Shown here: positions 49,425-61,652 of the stretch, piece by piece
Position numbering within the stretch: position 1 is the stretch's first letter
How the letters are laid out: every line of letters starts with the position of its first letter
Assembly: GCF_963921235.1 (NCBI RefSeq)
Contig: NC_086097.1
Coordinates: 64,110,001-64,174,000, forward strand
Direction of reading: 5' to 3'
DNA: 64,000 bases
From: Mobula hypostoma
Taxonomy: Eukaryota
Notes under the pieces: model-generated
What the model saw: only the letters and a program-made list of their open reading frames with translations
What the model was told of the DNA's origin: nothing
The model's database searches: none
Program-made: the position numbers and the translations under genes

Positions 49425-49725
49425 GATAGGCAGTGCCTCAAGAAGGTGGCATCCATTATTAAAGACTTTAGCCATCTGGGACATGTTCTCCTCTTGTTAA
49501 TACCGTCAGGAAGGAAGTGGAGCATTCAGAGAACCCACGGTCAGTGATTCAGGAACAGCTTCTTCCCTCCATCGTCAGATTTCTGAAAATCCATGAACAT
49601 TATTCCATTCCTCCTATTCTTGCACTATTTATTTAATTTGTATTTAATAGAAATTTTATATCTGCTACTGCAAAACAATAAATTTCATGGCAGATAAGAG
49701 AGATTATAAATCTGATTCTGATTAT
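49425..49725 (+). mobile_element. Rex1/Babar 3' end
   Basis: CLKKVASIIKD.SHLGH...LIPSGR, with a tail aaatctgattctgatt. Confidence 0.78.
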
Positions 49726-51579
49726 GTCAGGCAATACATCACACCTTCAAGTAGTTAAAATTTAAAGATTCATGTCAAATTGCCATTCCTCATTAAGAAA
49801 TTACTATAATTACAGGGAATCCCTAGAGCTTGCAAGTTGTAATTAGACCATTGTTAACATCTTATTGTCACTTATTGATCATAGTTTTGCATGTTGCACA
49901 ACGTGCCACTGAGCAGGAATTACCTTCACTATTTAGTAAACTTGCATTTATTTCTGTAGTGGAAGGGCTGTTAAGGCAAGTAAATGAGTCAAACTGATGC
50001 CAAGTCATACTGTGGCATATCACCTGCTGTCACCTCACATCTTTCACACAGGAGCAGTTGTTTTTCATTCGCTTCAGAAAAGAAAAAAAAAACTGCAAAG
50101 ATTTAGGCAGATGGAACTTCGATTGTTCCTGTATTACTGGGATTATTGAATGCAATTTTCTGTCATTTTGTTGTGAATATGTTGGAATATCATCTACATT
50201 GTAAATAAACGTTTTTATCTTAATGCTTATTAGCCTCATTATTGTGTAATAGACTGCATACTACAATATACCAGAGAAATAAAGTCCCCTATTGTTCTGC
50301 CATATTAGACTACTGATTCCTAGTTGGTTCACATCACAGCCTGTAGCTGTGAAATAGATTTGTTATTTTAACATTTGAAGTACTGAAATATTTTGGACAA
50401 TTCAAAACATTCATCTCTTTTCTTTCATGCTGTAAGAATGATCTATTGCTGATCCTCAGCCATGGTCATCACTTATCAGAATTAGGGGATTAAACAAACC
50501 TGTGGGATATTTCTGAATTTAAGCTGCTTTTCAATAAATGGCTCAAAATACTGTACAACATTTTGATCTTGGCTTGATTCCAAATGGTTATTAAAATAAA
50601 TTATATTTCCTTACAAATCACCAAAATACATATATGTCTCAAATCATTCAATTAGACATTTTCATTTCTACAACAAAATATATTAAGCGATATCTCATAC
50701 TTATTTGCTTCCATTTTACTAGGGGGCAGTGTTGCTGTGCACAAAACTGTCTGAAAAATATAATTTCATTTAATGAAGTTATTTAAATAGCCAGTGAAGC
50801 AAAAAAAGAAAGAACATTATAAGGACTGAAAAACAATTACACGTTCGTACATGCAGATCACAGCACAAAATTAGAAAACAATAATCAGGCTTATCCATTG
50901 GTTTGATGGTTTGATGGTGATGTCCCAGGTATATATGCTCCAGACACAGTAAGTAATTGCATTTTAAACAAACTCACGTCATGAATCAAAATAGAACAAT
51001 ACATTTTGTAATAAACAATATTGTAAGTACTGTCTCACAAAAAACCTGGCTCCCATTCACACATACAGTATGCTGGCTTTTCCCTAATATACCCAACTTC
51101 CCTCTTCTACCTCTGTGGAGAGCAATAACTCAGTATTGGCCATTTGGTCCCCCAATCCCAGTAAAAAAGCTGCATACAGCAGTTCTCGCAAATAAATGAT
51201 CAGTTTTAATGTAAAATAGTCAGAATATTCAACATATAGACATTTAGATGTTACAATAGTTCTAGTTAGGCCCTTGTTGATTACTTGGCAGGAATCCTTA
51301 AAACTTCTTCATCTGTGACTATAATAGAAATTTATAAAAAATGGGCTCTTTTTAAGTTCCTTCATAGGCTGCACTGTTAGTGGAGGGCATACTTTTTGAA
51401 CCATTCTACCTCGTGTCTTTTTGTAGAATTTTGATGTATCTAAACATTCTTGGTTACTTCATGGAGGCAACAATTGGCTTTTGGGACAATGGCTGTATTT
51501 CCTGTTTGCTTCAGAGTATGTTTTAATGATATATCTTCTTCTTTCAAGATTTTTAAACCTTAATTCTAACTCTTAGCCT

Positions 51580-52210
51580 AGAATAGAGTCATAGAGTCAG
51601 AGTCTTAGAGCACTACTGCACAGAAACAGGCCCTATTCCCAACTAGTTCGTGCCAAACAATTATTATAGAACATTGAATATCAAACAATACAACACAGGA
51701 ACAGGCCCTTCAGCCCACAGTGTTGTGCTGAAACAAGTAAATTAGAAGTGAGATGGCTAACTAAAATAATCTCTTCTGCCTACACAATATCCATGTTCTG
51801 CCTAGTCCTTAGACCTGCACCTGTACGCATCCATATACCTATCCAAATTTCTCTTAAGTGTTGAAATCAAATCCACATCCACCACTTGCTCTGACAGCTC
51901 ATTCCACACTCTCACCACCCTCTGAGAGGAGACATTCCCCCTCAGGCTCCCCCTTGAATGTTTCACCTTTCACCCTTAACCCTTAACATTCACTTCCATG
52001 GATTTTGCCCGACCTGCTGAGCTCCTCAAGCATTTTGTGTGTGTTGCTTTGGATTTCCAGCATCTAGAGAATTTCTCCTGTTTATCTCGAATGGGTACCT
52101 AGGAGAGCAAGCAGACCGAGTGCTGGTAAATGGGATTAGCATAGATGTTTGGTTCCTGATATTTGTTGGGTTGGAGGCCTGTTTTTTTTTCTCTTTGATT
52201 CTGTGATTTT
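51580..52210. mobile_element. Cluster of CR1 3' ends and a PLE pLTR fragment (~51990-52085)
   Basis: (atagagtc)n tail, CR1 3'UTR motifs, and gacctgctgagctcc...tttccagcatct. Confidence 0.7.
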
Positions 52211-54274
52211 ATGCGACTCTTTCAGATATGCCAGTATTTATGTTATAAGATCACTGTTTCACTGCAGAAATCAGAGCAGACACAAAAATATTGATAAAGC
52301 ACTGGGATACTGGATCCTGAATACATCAGCCTCAACAAAAAGGTTGTTATGGCTGTGTGGGCCTAAGCACCTGCTTCTGGGCTGAATAACTCTGTGACTT
52401 TATGAAGCTGGAGTGATATCAGCACTTGATTAGAATGAATGCCAATCCAAATTTGTTTTCATTATGTATGTACACCTACACCAAGTCATGTGTGACGATG
52501 CATTCAGCTTCTGGCAGCAGGCAGTGGGATTTTCTTTTTATATTTAATATATCTCTTGGGAACATAGCCACAGGCAATTCGTGCATATTTTAGATTTAAT
52601 CAAAATTATGATTGATAAAAATAAATTCAAAGCAGAGAGAGAAAATGTCTAAAATATTCCAATTCTGATTTCAGTTATATTGTCTGTTGCATTGTCTCAG
52701 TATAAAGTGTAATTGAATCATTCAGTCTTTTCCTCTAAAAAACAAAGTGATGAATTTTTATATGAATTTCAACAGGTCATTTCTCTTCAACACAAAGCCA
52801 GAGGCTTGCTTAGCAATCAATTCAAATTTTCCTTCAACATCTTTAGTAACTTTATCACTCCTGCTTACAGACTGGTTAACTTGTACTGTACCTTCCAAGT
52901 CTTTCATGAGCAACCACAGCCAAGGGGTCTGCAATGTTATTATGCTGATTTCTGCCACTTTCTGGCTGATTGGAACCAGCAATAGAAGAGGATGAGTTAC
53001 TGACTCAGGCACGGCCATTTGGACCAATGATAAGCTCCAACTGACAAATCAATTTTCAGTCCAGCAGGAAAGGTGTTGTTAAGTTTCCTATTAACAAGCA
53101 ATCCCCAATTGAATTCATCCCAATGACAATCAGATGTTACTTCAGTGAGCACAGTGGGGCTGGGTTGAAAATTTTTCTCATTACAAGATCTGGTTCTAAC
53201 ACAAGGCCTACCCATCAGCCCCAGAACAAAATAAATGAGTTATATCTTCATTACAGTAAGAAGTGGCAGATGTATCCAATGGGGAAGTGAATTGTCTGAT
53301 ATTGATGTTGCCCAACTGCTGTTCTTCTATTTGTCATGTAATCCTTTGTCCTTAATTTTATAAAACCATTAGATCCTGATAAAAATAGTCCTTTTTTAGC
53401 TAGTAATTAACTCTTCACTTTCCAATTCATATTCTAGAAGAGTTTTCCAGTGGTTTGGCAAGTTATAGATAATGAAAATGGATCAACAAAACTTAAGCCC
53501 TTTATTAGCAAACTGCTCACAGAAGAGAGTGATACACACGAGAATAATCGAATGCTACTGGACACCTTGCAAAGTCCACCCAGTCTTGGGTGTTCCAGTC
53601 TGTCATTTAGCTTGTTTCTCACTATGTGTCTTCATGGTTTCACAAGGGTTGAAGGGGTGTTCCAGAAATAAACTGCATTGAAACAAATTAAATACAGTGA
53701 GCCTTCATAAAGTTGTTATTAGTTGAAGTATTCTGAAGACAAGTGAAATGTTAATGTGCAGAAGGAGTATTTGTTTAAATAACTTGGAAAGTTCCCTTAT
53801 TGACCTTTCTTCACTTTGACAAAATGACCGATTCCCCTTTCAAACAGTGGGTACGTTGTACTGTAAATGTTTCACTTCACTGTCTCTCAGTTTTTTCTTG
53901 TGCGCTGGTAGCTGAACCAGTCACTTAGTCAGTGACTATGGTCAATTGTAGTTAGTCATGACATTACACTGGGGAAATAAAGATAGCTCCTTGGTCCTTG
54001 AGAATTCATTGTAGTTGGTTTCTACAATTTGGAACCAGGCCTTCTCACAGATCAACTACAAATTGATGCTAAATATGTTTGAGTCGGTTTTCTTGCACAC
54101 TGACAGGGGATGAATAGGGAGGGCAGTTGGAAAGGGAAAAAATAAGAAAGAAGGACCACAATAAAAACATTCACAGTAGTGGCATGATAGAAACTCTCCC
54201 AGAATGTCCCTGGACTGAGAGGATATTACTTACAAAAAGAACTAACATCCTGAACTTAGTTCTGAATAGAACGC

Positions 54275-55452
54275 ATAATCAGAATCAGGTTATCATCACT
54301 AACATATGCCATGAAATCTGTTGTTTTGTGGCAGTACTACAGTGCAAGATATTTAAAAAATTACTGTAAGTACACAATCAGGAAAGCACGTCAATGCCTC
54401 TACTTTCTGAGGAGGTTGAAGAGAGCTGGATCATGCACATCTATACTCGCAGCATTCTACAGATATGCAGTGGAGATCATCCCATCAAGCAGCATCACGG
54501 CATGGTACAGAAACTGCACTGCGGCAGACAGGAAGGCCCTGCAGCGGGTAGTCAAAACTGCCCAACGCATCACCATCATCGAACTATCAGCCATCAAGTA
54601 CACGGACACACACACATACACACTACAAGAAATGTGACATTGTCCTGAAAATAACTGGGAAAAATGAGGTATGAAATTGGAAAACAAGAGAAGAAATCAA
54701 CCATTATTATAATCTTTAACCGAGATCTGCAGGTTTGCCCACAGCTGGGCAATTCACAAGAGGAGGCCCGGTTTCCTGAGCAGGGTGCTATCCATGGGCT
54801 GTGGATCTGTGGGCTTCCCTGAGCAGATGCACCGAGCTGCAGGAAAGTCCACAGATTCCAGCTGTCACCCTGGAAAATCCACCCTCCACTCCTGCACAAG
54901 GCCCATTCAAATGAATGAGAGAAAATAGCTGCTGGCAGAATACCATTATTTGAGTTAATTAAGCTATAGTATTTTTAATAGGGTCTCAGTTATTTTACGT
55001 GGTTATCATTGACACCTATTGAATGTGGGGATAAGCTAACTGTATATAACAGCACAAGGACCACCAGAACCACCAGACTGAAAAATAGTTACTCTCAGCA
55101 AGCAGTAAGGCTGATCAACACCTTCACTCACTAACCCACCCCTCCACACCCCCAACCACAACTATTTTATCATTTCCTGTCAGTCACATTATGTACAAAC
55201 ACTCCTGTGCCTAGCGTCACTTTATGGACATACAATCAATCTATGTATATAAGCTATCTTATGTATTTATATTTTTTGTGCTTTTTTTGTGCTTCATCAG
55301 ATCTAGAGTAACAATTATTTGATGAAGGGTCTCGGCCTGAAACGTCGGCTGTACCTCTTCCTAGAGATGCTGCCTGGCCTGCTGCGTTCACCAGCAACTT
55401 TGCTGTGTGTTGCTAACAATTATTTTGTTCTCTTTCACACTTGGGTACTGGA
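54275..55452. mobile_element. Rex1/Babar remnant interrupted by an inverted duplication and a pLTR
   Basis: KARQCLYFLRRLKRAG...ITAWY.NCTAADRKALQRVVKTAQRI runs to ~54600; TTRLKNSY.QQAVRLIN resumes at ~55060. Confidence 0.85.
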
Positions 55453-56097
55453 AATCACATTAAACAATCTTGAAGAAGCTATTGATTGTGGGTCTTAAGG
55501 CTCCTGTACCTCCTCCCTAATGCAAGTAATAAAAAGAGGGCATATCTTGGGAAAAAAAGGGGATAAACTTGTATAGATAAAACAAAAACCTTATTACAAA
55601 TAGTCCTGGGTTCAGTCTCTGATCACAAGTATGGATTCCAAGGCTTCTCCCAGCAATGGACAGTGAGCTTATCCCCACGTTCAATAGGTGTCAATGATAA
55701 TCACGTAAAATAACTGAGACCCTGTTAAAAATACTATAGCTTAATTAACTCAAATAATGGTATTCTGCCAGCAGCTATTTTCTCTCATTCATCTGAATGG
55801 GCCCTTGTGCAGGAGTGGAGGGTGGATTTTCCAGGGTGACAGCTGGAACCTGTGGACTTTCCTGCAGCTCAGTGCGTCTGCTCAGGGAAGCCCACAGATC
55901 CACAGCCCATGGATAGCACCCTGCTCAGGAAACCGGGCCTCCTCTTGTGAATTGCCCAGCCGTGGGCAAACCTGCAGATCTTGGTTAAAGATTTCTCTCA
56001 TTATTATAATAATGGTTGATTTCTTTTCTTGTTTTCCAATTTCATACCTCATTCTCCTAGTTATTTTAAGGACAATGTCATCACATTTTCTTGTAGT
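54622..56097. repeat. Long inverted repeat: arms 54622-55043 and 55660-56097
   Basis: Direct reverse-complement match along the whole arm, with scattered substitutions and a 12-bp indel. Mirrored ORFs 54594-54899(-) and 55757-56131(+) share the same peptide. Confidence 0.95.
55321..55413 (+). mobile_element. 93-bp Penelope-like solo pLTR
   Basis: Starts at GATGAAGGGTCTCGGCCTGAAACGTC; 12-bp TSD taacaattattt at 55309-55320 and 55414-55425. Confidence 0.87.
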
Positions 56098-56651
56098 TCA
56101 TGCCAACTACCCTGAGTTTGCCATCTCCTGACTGGCAAGGAGCAGAATGTTCTCTTGTCAGCTCTCCACCCCAATACCAAATCCTACAATGAGCAACAGA
56201 TGCTGGAACAGGCTTCTTGCTTTCTCACTGAGCTTGTTTTGCTGGTGAGAAATGTACCTGTGTATTTTTCTTTCTGATTTGCTATTCTTTTAAGGAGCAA
56301 AGATTATTCAAGATTTATTGAGGAGCAGCAAATAGCAATTTTAAAGTAATGAGAACAAATGGCTTTTAAGGAGGAAAGCACGGTTTCTGAAATAATTAGA
56401 AGAAGAAAATATTACTCCAAGTAATCAAAGTCAAATTACTTGAAAATTGCTGCAATATGTCTTGAATTAATAAAAGTACATCGAATAATCTTACAATTAT
56501 ATCTATTTTCTTTTTTAAGAGGTCTGACTAGGCTTTAATTGTTTATCTGCTGCAATAAAATACATCAAAGATTAAGGAAAGCGGCACAAATATGTTCTTC
56601 CGTTTCAAAATAAGTGTGCATATCTTGATTGTAAATGCTGCGGGTTCCAAG

Positions 56652-56880
56652 TAACACACACAAAATGCTGGAGGAACTCAGCAGGTCAGGCAGCATCTAT
56701 GGACGAGAATGAACAGTCGACATTTCGGGCTGAGACCCTTCAGCGCGACCGCAAGGGTCTCCGCCCGAAACGTCGTCTGCATATTCCCGTCCATAGATGC
56801 TGTCTGACCTGCTGAGTTACTCCAGCATTTGTGTGTTACTCTGAATTTCCAGCATTTGCAGAATATCTTTTGTTCTTGAT
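56652..56880. mobile_element. Palindromic Penelope-like mini-element
   Basis: Inverted pLTR arms meet at ~56740-56752. A 17-bp TSD atgctgc(g/a)ggttccaag lies at 56635-56651 and 56881-56897. Confidence 0.85.
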
Positions 56881-57949
56881 ATGCTGCAGGTTCCAAGCTC
56901 TTGGCATTTGCCCGTTTAGTCCAAAACAAGTCACGGCGGCTAGTCAAGTGTTAGAAAACCCAGAAGCTTTGGTTTACTAAGTGTCTATCACCTTTTTCTG
57001 TCTCTTACGCGTGGAGATACAAAAACACGCAGCAAAAGTCCCTCTCTCCCCATGGCGGAAAATGGGACGGGCAAATACGGGTGGGCAGAGTTCCCTGGAG
57101 TGTGAACTCCACTCACGTTATGCTTCAGCCGCTTGTTCTATTGTGTTTCAACAGGTCCTAGCGCGGAAAATCCGGGCTTCTGTATGTTATCCAGTTCATT
57201 CTAACCACAGCGTCAAAGACTTCTTTTTCGGATCAGATCATGAGTTATATTCCCTGTCTCAAATTCAGCAATTGCGCCGTGCTTTATCCCACATGTGGTG
57301 GGTTGATATTCTGAATATTTTTATGTTAAATATGCTTTCAGCATAATGTTTCTGCGAATGTCTTGTTTCTTAAGTCTTATCCGGCCATATCTGATTACAA
57401 AATATATCTCTGTATCAAAAAAGCTAGTTTGAACACGTACGTAATTTCCATTTTGTTGTTTTAAGACTAAGGAACAAATTGAGTAAAATAACAGGAAATC
57501 GTTTATAAAATGTTCAGTTTATCACATTTTGAATCAAGAGGGGAATTAAGACCAGTTAGTCAGGATTAAGGTTTAATTAGGGATGAAAGAATCCATAAAG
57601 GTGAACGTCACGGTGCATTTATCTTTCTGGGCTGATTGAAAAGCTACAGGTGGTTGATGAAGTTCGGTGGAAGTGGAAAACAAGTTACTTTGGTCTTTTG
57701 GGATTTACATAGTTCATCTCAAAATTTGTGCCCCTTCCTCTTCGTTTCAGCAAATAAACAAGATAACTCATTTTACTGCGGCCGCAAAGTAACACATTTC
57801 AGCGAAGGCAGTGATAATAATCAAGAATTTGATACGGTCGTTTCCTTGATATATTTGAGATATTTTTCCTTAGTTGAGTTCCTAACGTTACAGAACGACA
57901 AACAGAATTAGGTCTCAAACGCTTTACGTGAATCTCCATCCTAATAGAT

Positions 57950-58640
57950 TTGCCAACAAAATGAATAAAGCATCAGCGGGCTAATTAGCTCTCCGGCACC
58001 CTCACCACTCCAGAGAAAGTTGCATTTAGCGCGGAGTTTATCTCATCAATCATCTGCAAGTACAGAATCAATGGGCTTTGATTAGATGACGTACACCTGT
58101 GTTTAAGACACTTCATGTATTGTAGAAGATATAATATCCTGCTCAAAAATGTCTCAAGCGGACTTACCGAAAAAACAGAACTTAAACTATCTTGAATAAA
58201 TTGATCAATAAAAACATTTAAACTTCCATAAAAATGTGAAAATTAAGGCTGGACTTCGAGATTTCTTAAACCACTGTATAATTCATAGATTAATTACTGG
58301 TACTGCCTGTTATTATATAGAATGCATTTTTTAAAAATTGTATACTGGAGATGCAGCTCCGTCTGGTTTTTTGTCTAAGTAATTTTTTAAAAAACTTTCA
58401 TTTACACTGGCTATATTGACAAAACCAATGAAACAGTGACGGTAATTAGATACAATTTAAATTTAATGAAGGCCGATTTCTAATCTCCTGCCCAATTCTG
58501 CACATCGATGTTGGAACTGTCCAAATCCCTCGGAACTCAATCTGACGACGAGTAATCCTTTCGATTGGCCCTAATTCCAAGACCTAATCGAAGCTCCACT
58601 TTCAAGAGCTCCCAATGGCAAAACAGCAATGGACCAGAAC
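57950..58640. promoter_or_regulatory. Candidate conserved non-coding/enhancer region
   Basis: TE-free and CpG-retaining. Motifs: ctaattag 57981, ttatct 58038, atcaatca 58045, catctg 58051, tgacgt 58087, taatcc 58553. Confidence 0.35.
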
Positions 58641-59444
58641 GCTCGAATCATGCTTTTTTAAAAAATATTTTATTTTCGGAAAGTTTTTAACTCACGTGTT
58701 TTTCAAAAGAGAAAGATGTATTATTTTCTTGGCATCTGGTTTTATGTTCTGGGTGAAATTGAACTCTTAAGTACAAAATTTTGATCTTCAACTTTTGCGA
58801 AGATATAAACTAGTTATATTACTAACCTATTGAGATCAAATTGTCCTACAAAAAGAACATTAGCAGAGGAAGATTTCTCACAAAAGATATCCTTTGACGT
58901 ATTGGTTTGAAAATTTAGAAGTGATGAAAGTGGAGCCACTTTCTCGTTTGTTTTGCTCTGAAACATTGCGCCCTTCCACTTGTCCAACAGGTTATGGTGT
59001 TGGCGGAGAAGTTTGCACAGGTTCTCGATGGCCGCTCGATGGCAGTAGCTATTCTTCTTGGCTTGCTTTACACTCGGGACAATGAACTGAGACCAGGCAG
59101 GATTGGAAGAGGGAAGAAGACGTCTCGACTGAAATAGTTTCCGCAGGATCACGTAGTGTCCGAAGTTCTTGCTGCATTGTAAGCCATCAGTCATAAATGC
59201 AAACACCTTTTCCAGAAATGCATCCTATTGGATACGTGCTATATTAGTAAACGAGGTTTTGTAGACATCTCGGGCAGTGCCGAGCAACATTGGGTCCCTT
59301 ATATTGGAATCCGAGGAAAGGGTGGTCCACGCAGGTCTTTCCAAGCCTGTTCCATGCAGTTTGAAGGACAGAAGCTGCGTTGGGATGTGTAATTCAGTTT
59401 TTGCGTACTTACTGATCGAGATGTTAAGCTAACTCCATAGGGCA

Positions 59445-61320
59445 TGGTTTCTCTCTGGACATTACGGCCAAGAAACAAACTAAAAGCTTTGGATGAACCA
59501 GGACATTCGAGTTTGCTTCGGGCTAGATCGGTGGCATTCAAGGCCGGTCATCCAGATCTATACATGGTCCAAGTACAACCTACAGAAGGCTATTTTAAGA
59601 GCGAAAAAAACAATTCTTATTGAAGTTAGAGACGGAATCGGTTGCACATCAGCTCCGCCAGGATTTGCAGGACGAGACCTAACATCATGAATGGTCATGA
59701 AGCTTCAGTCCCAAACGAGCTAAACTCCTCTTGTGCACGCTTTGATGGGGAGAATAAAACTACACCCGTGCGAATTCCTGGAGCATCTGGTGACCCTGTG
59801 AGTTCTGTCTCGGAGGCCGACAAGAACATCTTTCATGAGGGTGACCATGAGATCGCCAGGCTCCGATGGTGTAACTGGTAGGCCACCAAAAATCTGTGCC
59901 AACCAACCGGCGGGAGTGTTCAAGGACATATTCAAACTCTCACTGCTGCAGTTGGAGGTTTCCACCGGCTTCAAAGGGGTGAGATACCAGAGCCCAAAAT
60001 GATCAGAGGGAGCTGCCTTAACGACTGTCGCTCAGTTGCACTCACATCTACGGTGATGGATTGCTTTGAGGGGTTAATCATGGCCAGAATCATCTCCCAC
60101 CTCGGCAAGGACCTGAACCCGCTGCAATCTGCCTATCGCCACAACAGGTCGAGAGTGTATGTAATCTCTCAGGCTCTCTACCTGGCCTTGGATAACCTGG
60201 ACAACAGCAATACTTAGTCAGGCTGCTGCTTATCGATTACAACTCAGTGTTCAACACATCATACCCTCAGTATTAATCAACAAGCTCCAAACCTGGGTCT
60301 CCGTGCCTCCCTCTGTAAATGCATCTTTGACTTTCTTATCGGGACAGATCGGAACTAACATCTCCTTCTCGCTGAACTCAAGGATGCGTGCTTAGCCCAC
60401 TGCTCTACTCTCTCTACACCCACAAGTGTGCAGCTACGCACGGCTCTAACTCTGTCTATAAATTTGCAGATAACTCAACCATTGCTGGCGGAATTTCAGA
60501 TGGTGACGAGCAGGCGTACAGGCGTGAGACTGACCGCGTGGGGTTGCAACAACTTTGCACTCAACGTCAATAATACAAGGGAATTAACTGTGAACTTCAG
60601 GAAGGGGAAGTTGAGGGAACACATTCCAGTCCCATCGAGGAATCAGATGTAGAAAGGGGGAGCAGTTTCAAGTTTCCGAGTGTCAACATCTCTGAGGATC
60701 TATCCTAGGCCCAACATATTGATACAATTATAACAGTGACTATATTTCATTTGGAGTTTGAGGAGAATTGGTATGTCACCAAAGACACTCACAAATTTTG
60801 ACAGATATACCATGGAGCGCATTTTTAATCACCATCCGGTATAGACGGGCTACTGCACAGGATCAGAAAAAGCTGCAGAAAGTTACAAATTCAGCCAGCT
60901 CCATTGTGGGCACTGGCCTCCCCGGCATCGAGAACATCTTCAAAAGTCAATGTCTCACAAAGGCGACATCCGTCATTGATGACCCTGATCACCCAGGAAA
61001 TGCCTTCATTTCATTGCTACCAACAAGACGGAGGTACAGGAGCCTGAATACACACACTCAATGTTTTAGGAACAACTTCTTTCCCACTGCTATCGGATGT
61101 CCGGTTGGACAATGAAGCTACGTACTCCAGCTCACTGGTTTTTCCTCTCGTTTGCACTACTTACACTTATTTATTTGAATTATATATCTATAGGTTTATA
61201 CAGTATTTCTTATTGTAATGTATAGTGTTTAAATGTATTACAATGTATTGCTGCTGCAAAACAACCTTTTTCACGACATATGCCAGTGATATTAAATCTG
61301 ATTCCCATTCTGATACTGAT
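59445..61320 (+). mobile_element. Rex1/Babar LINE, RT to 3' end, degraded
   Basis: LND.RSVALTSTVM.CFE, QSAYRHNRS, QGCVLSPLLYSLYT, YKFAD, PTRRRYRSL and RNNFFP; tail ctgattc. Confidence 0.92.
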
Positions 61321-61555
61321 TCAAAATAGGGATCCGAAAGGGGCCCGACATCTGGATTACACAGCCCAAGGGTTGGGAAGTGGGACTTCTGACTGGATGC
61401 AGGCTGCTCCAGTGTGAACAGCGTGAGGTTGCTTTGGTTTGGTTGAACATCTGGCGCAGTGGCCATCAGGAGTGGATATCTAAGCAGATAATGATATCCA
61501 GATATCCTTGGTATGCCAGAAGAACAAAGTTTTTCTAGCTTCTCTTTATTGTGGC

Positions 61556-61652
61556 TCTGTGTGTGTGTGTGTATGTGTGACAGAGAGATAGAGAGGGGAG
61601 GCAGCGGGAGAGGACGATGAGGGAGAGGGAGGGAGAGAGAGAACGAGAGAAC
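61556..61652. repeat. (TG)n followed by a GA-rich microsatellite
   Basis: Seen directly in the sequence. Confidence 0.85.

Noticed and set aside
55757..56131. Duplicated peptide CRSGGWIFQGDSWNLW... as a paralogous gene pair
   Set aside because: It is explained by the DNA-level inverted duplication, with no recognisable domain or exon structure.
58814..59206. 130-aa minus-strand ORF and plus-strand acceptor at 58990 as a coding exon
   Set aside because: No recognisable protein in the frames read, and the plus frame closes after ~48 codons.
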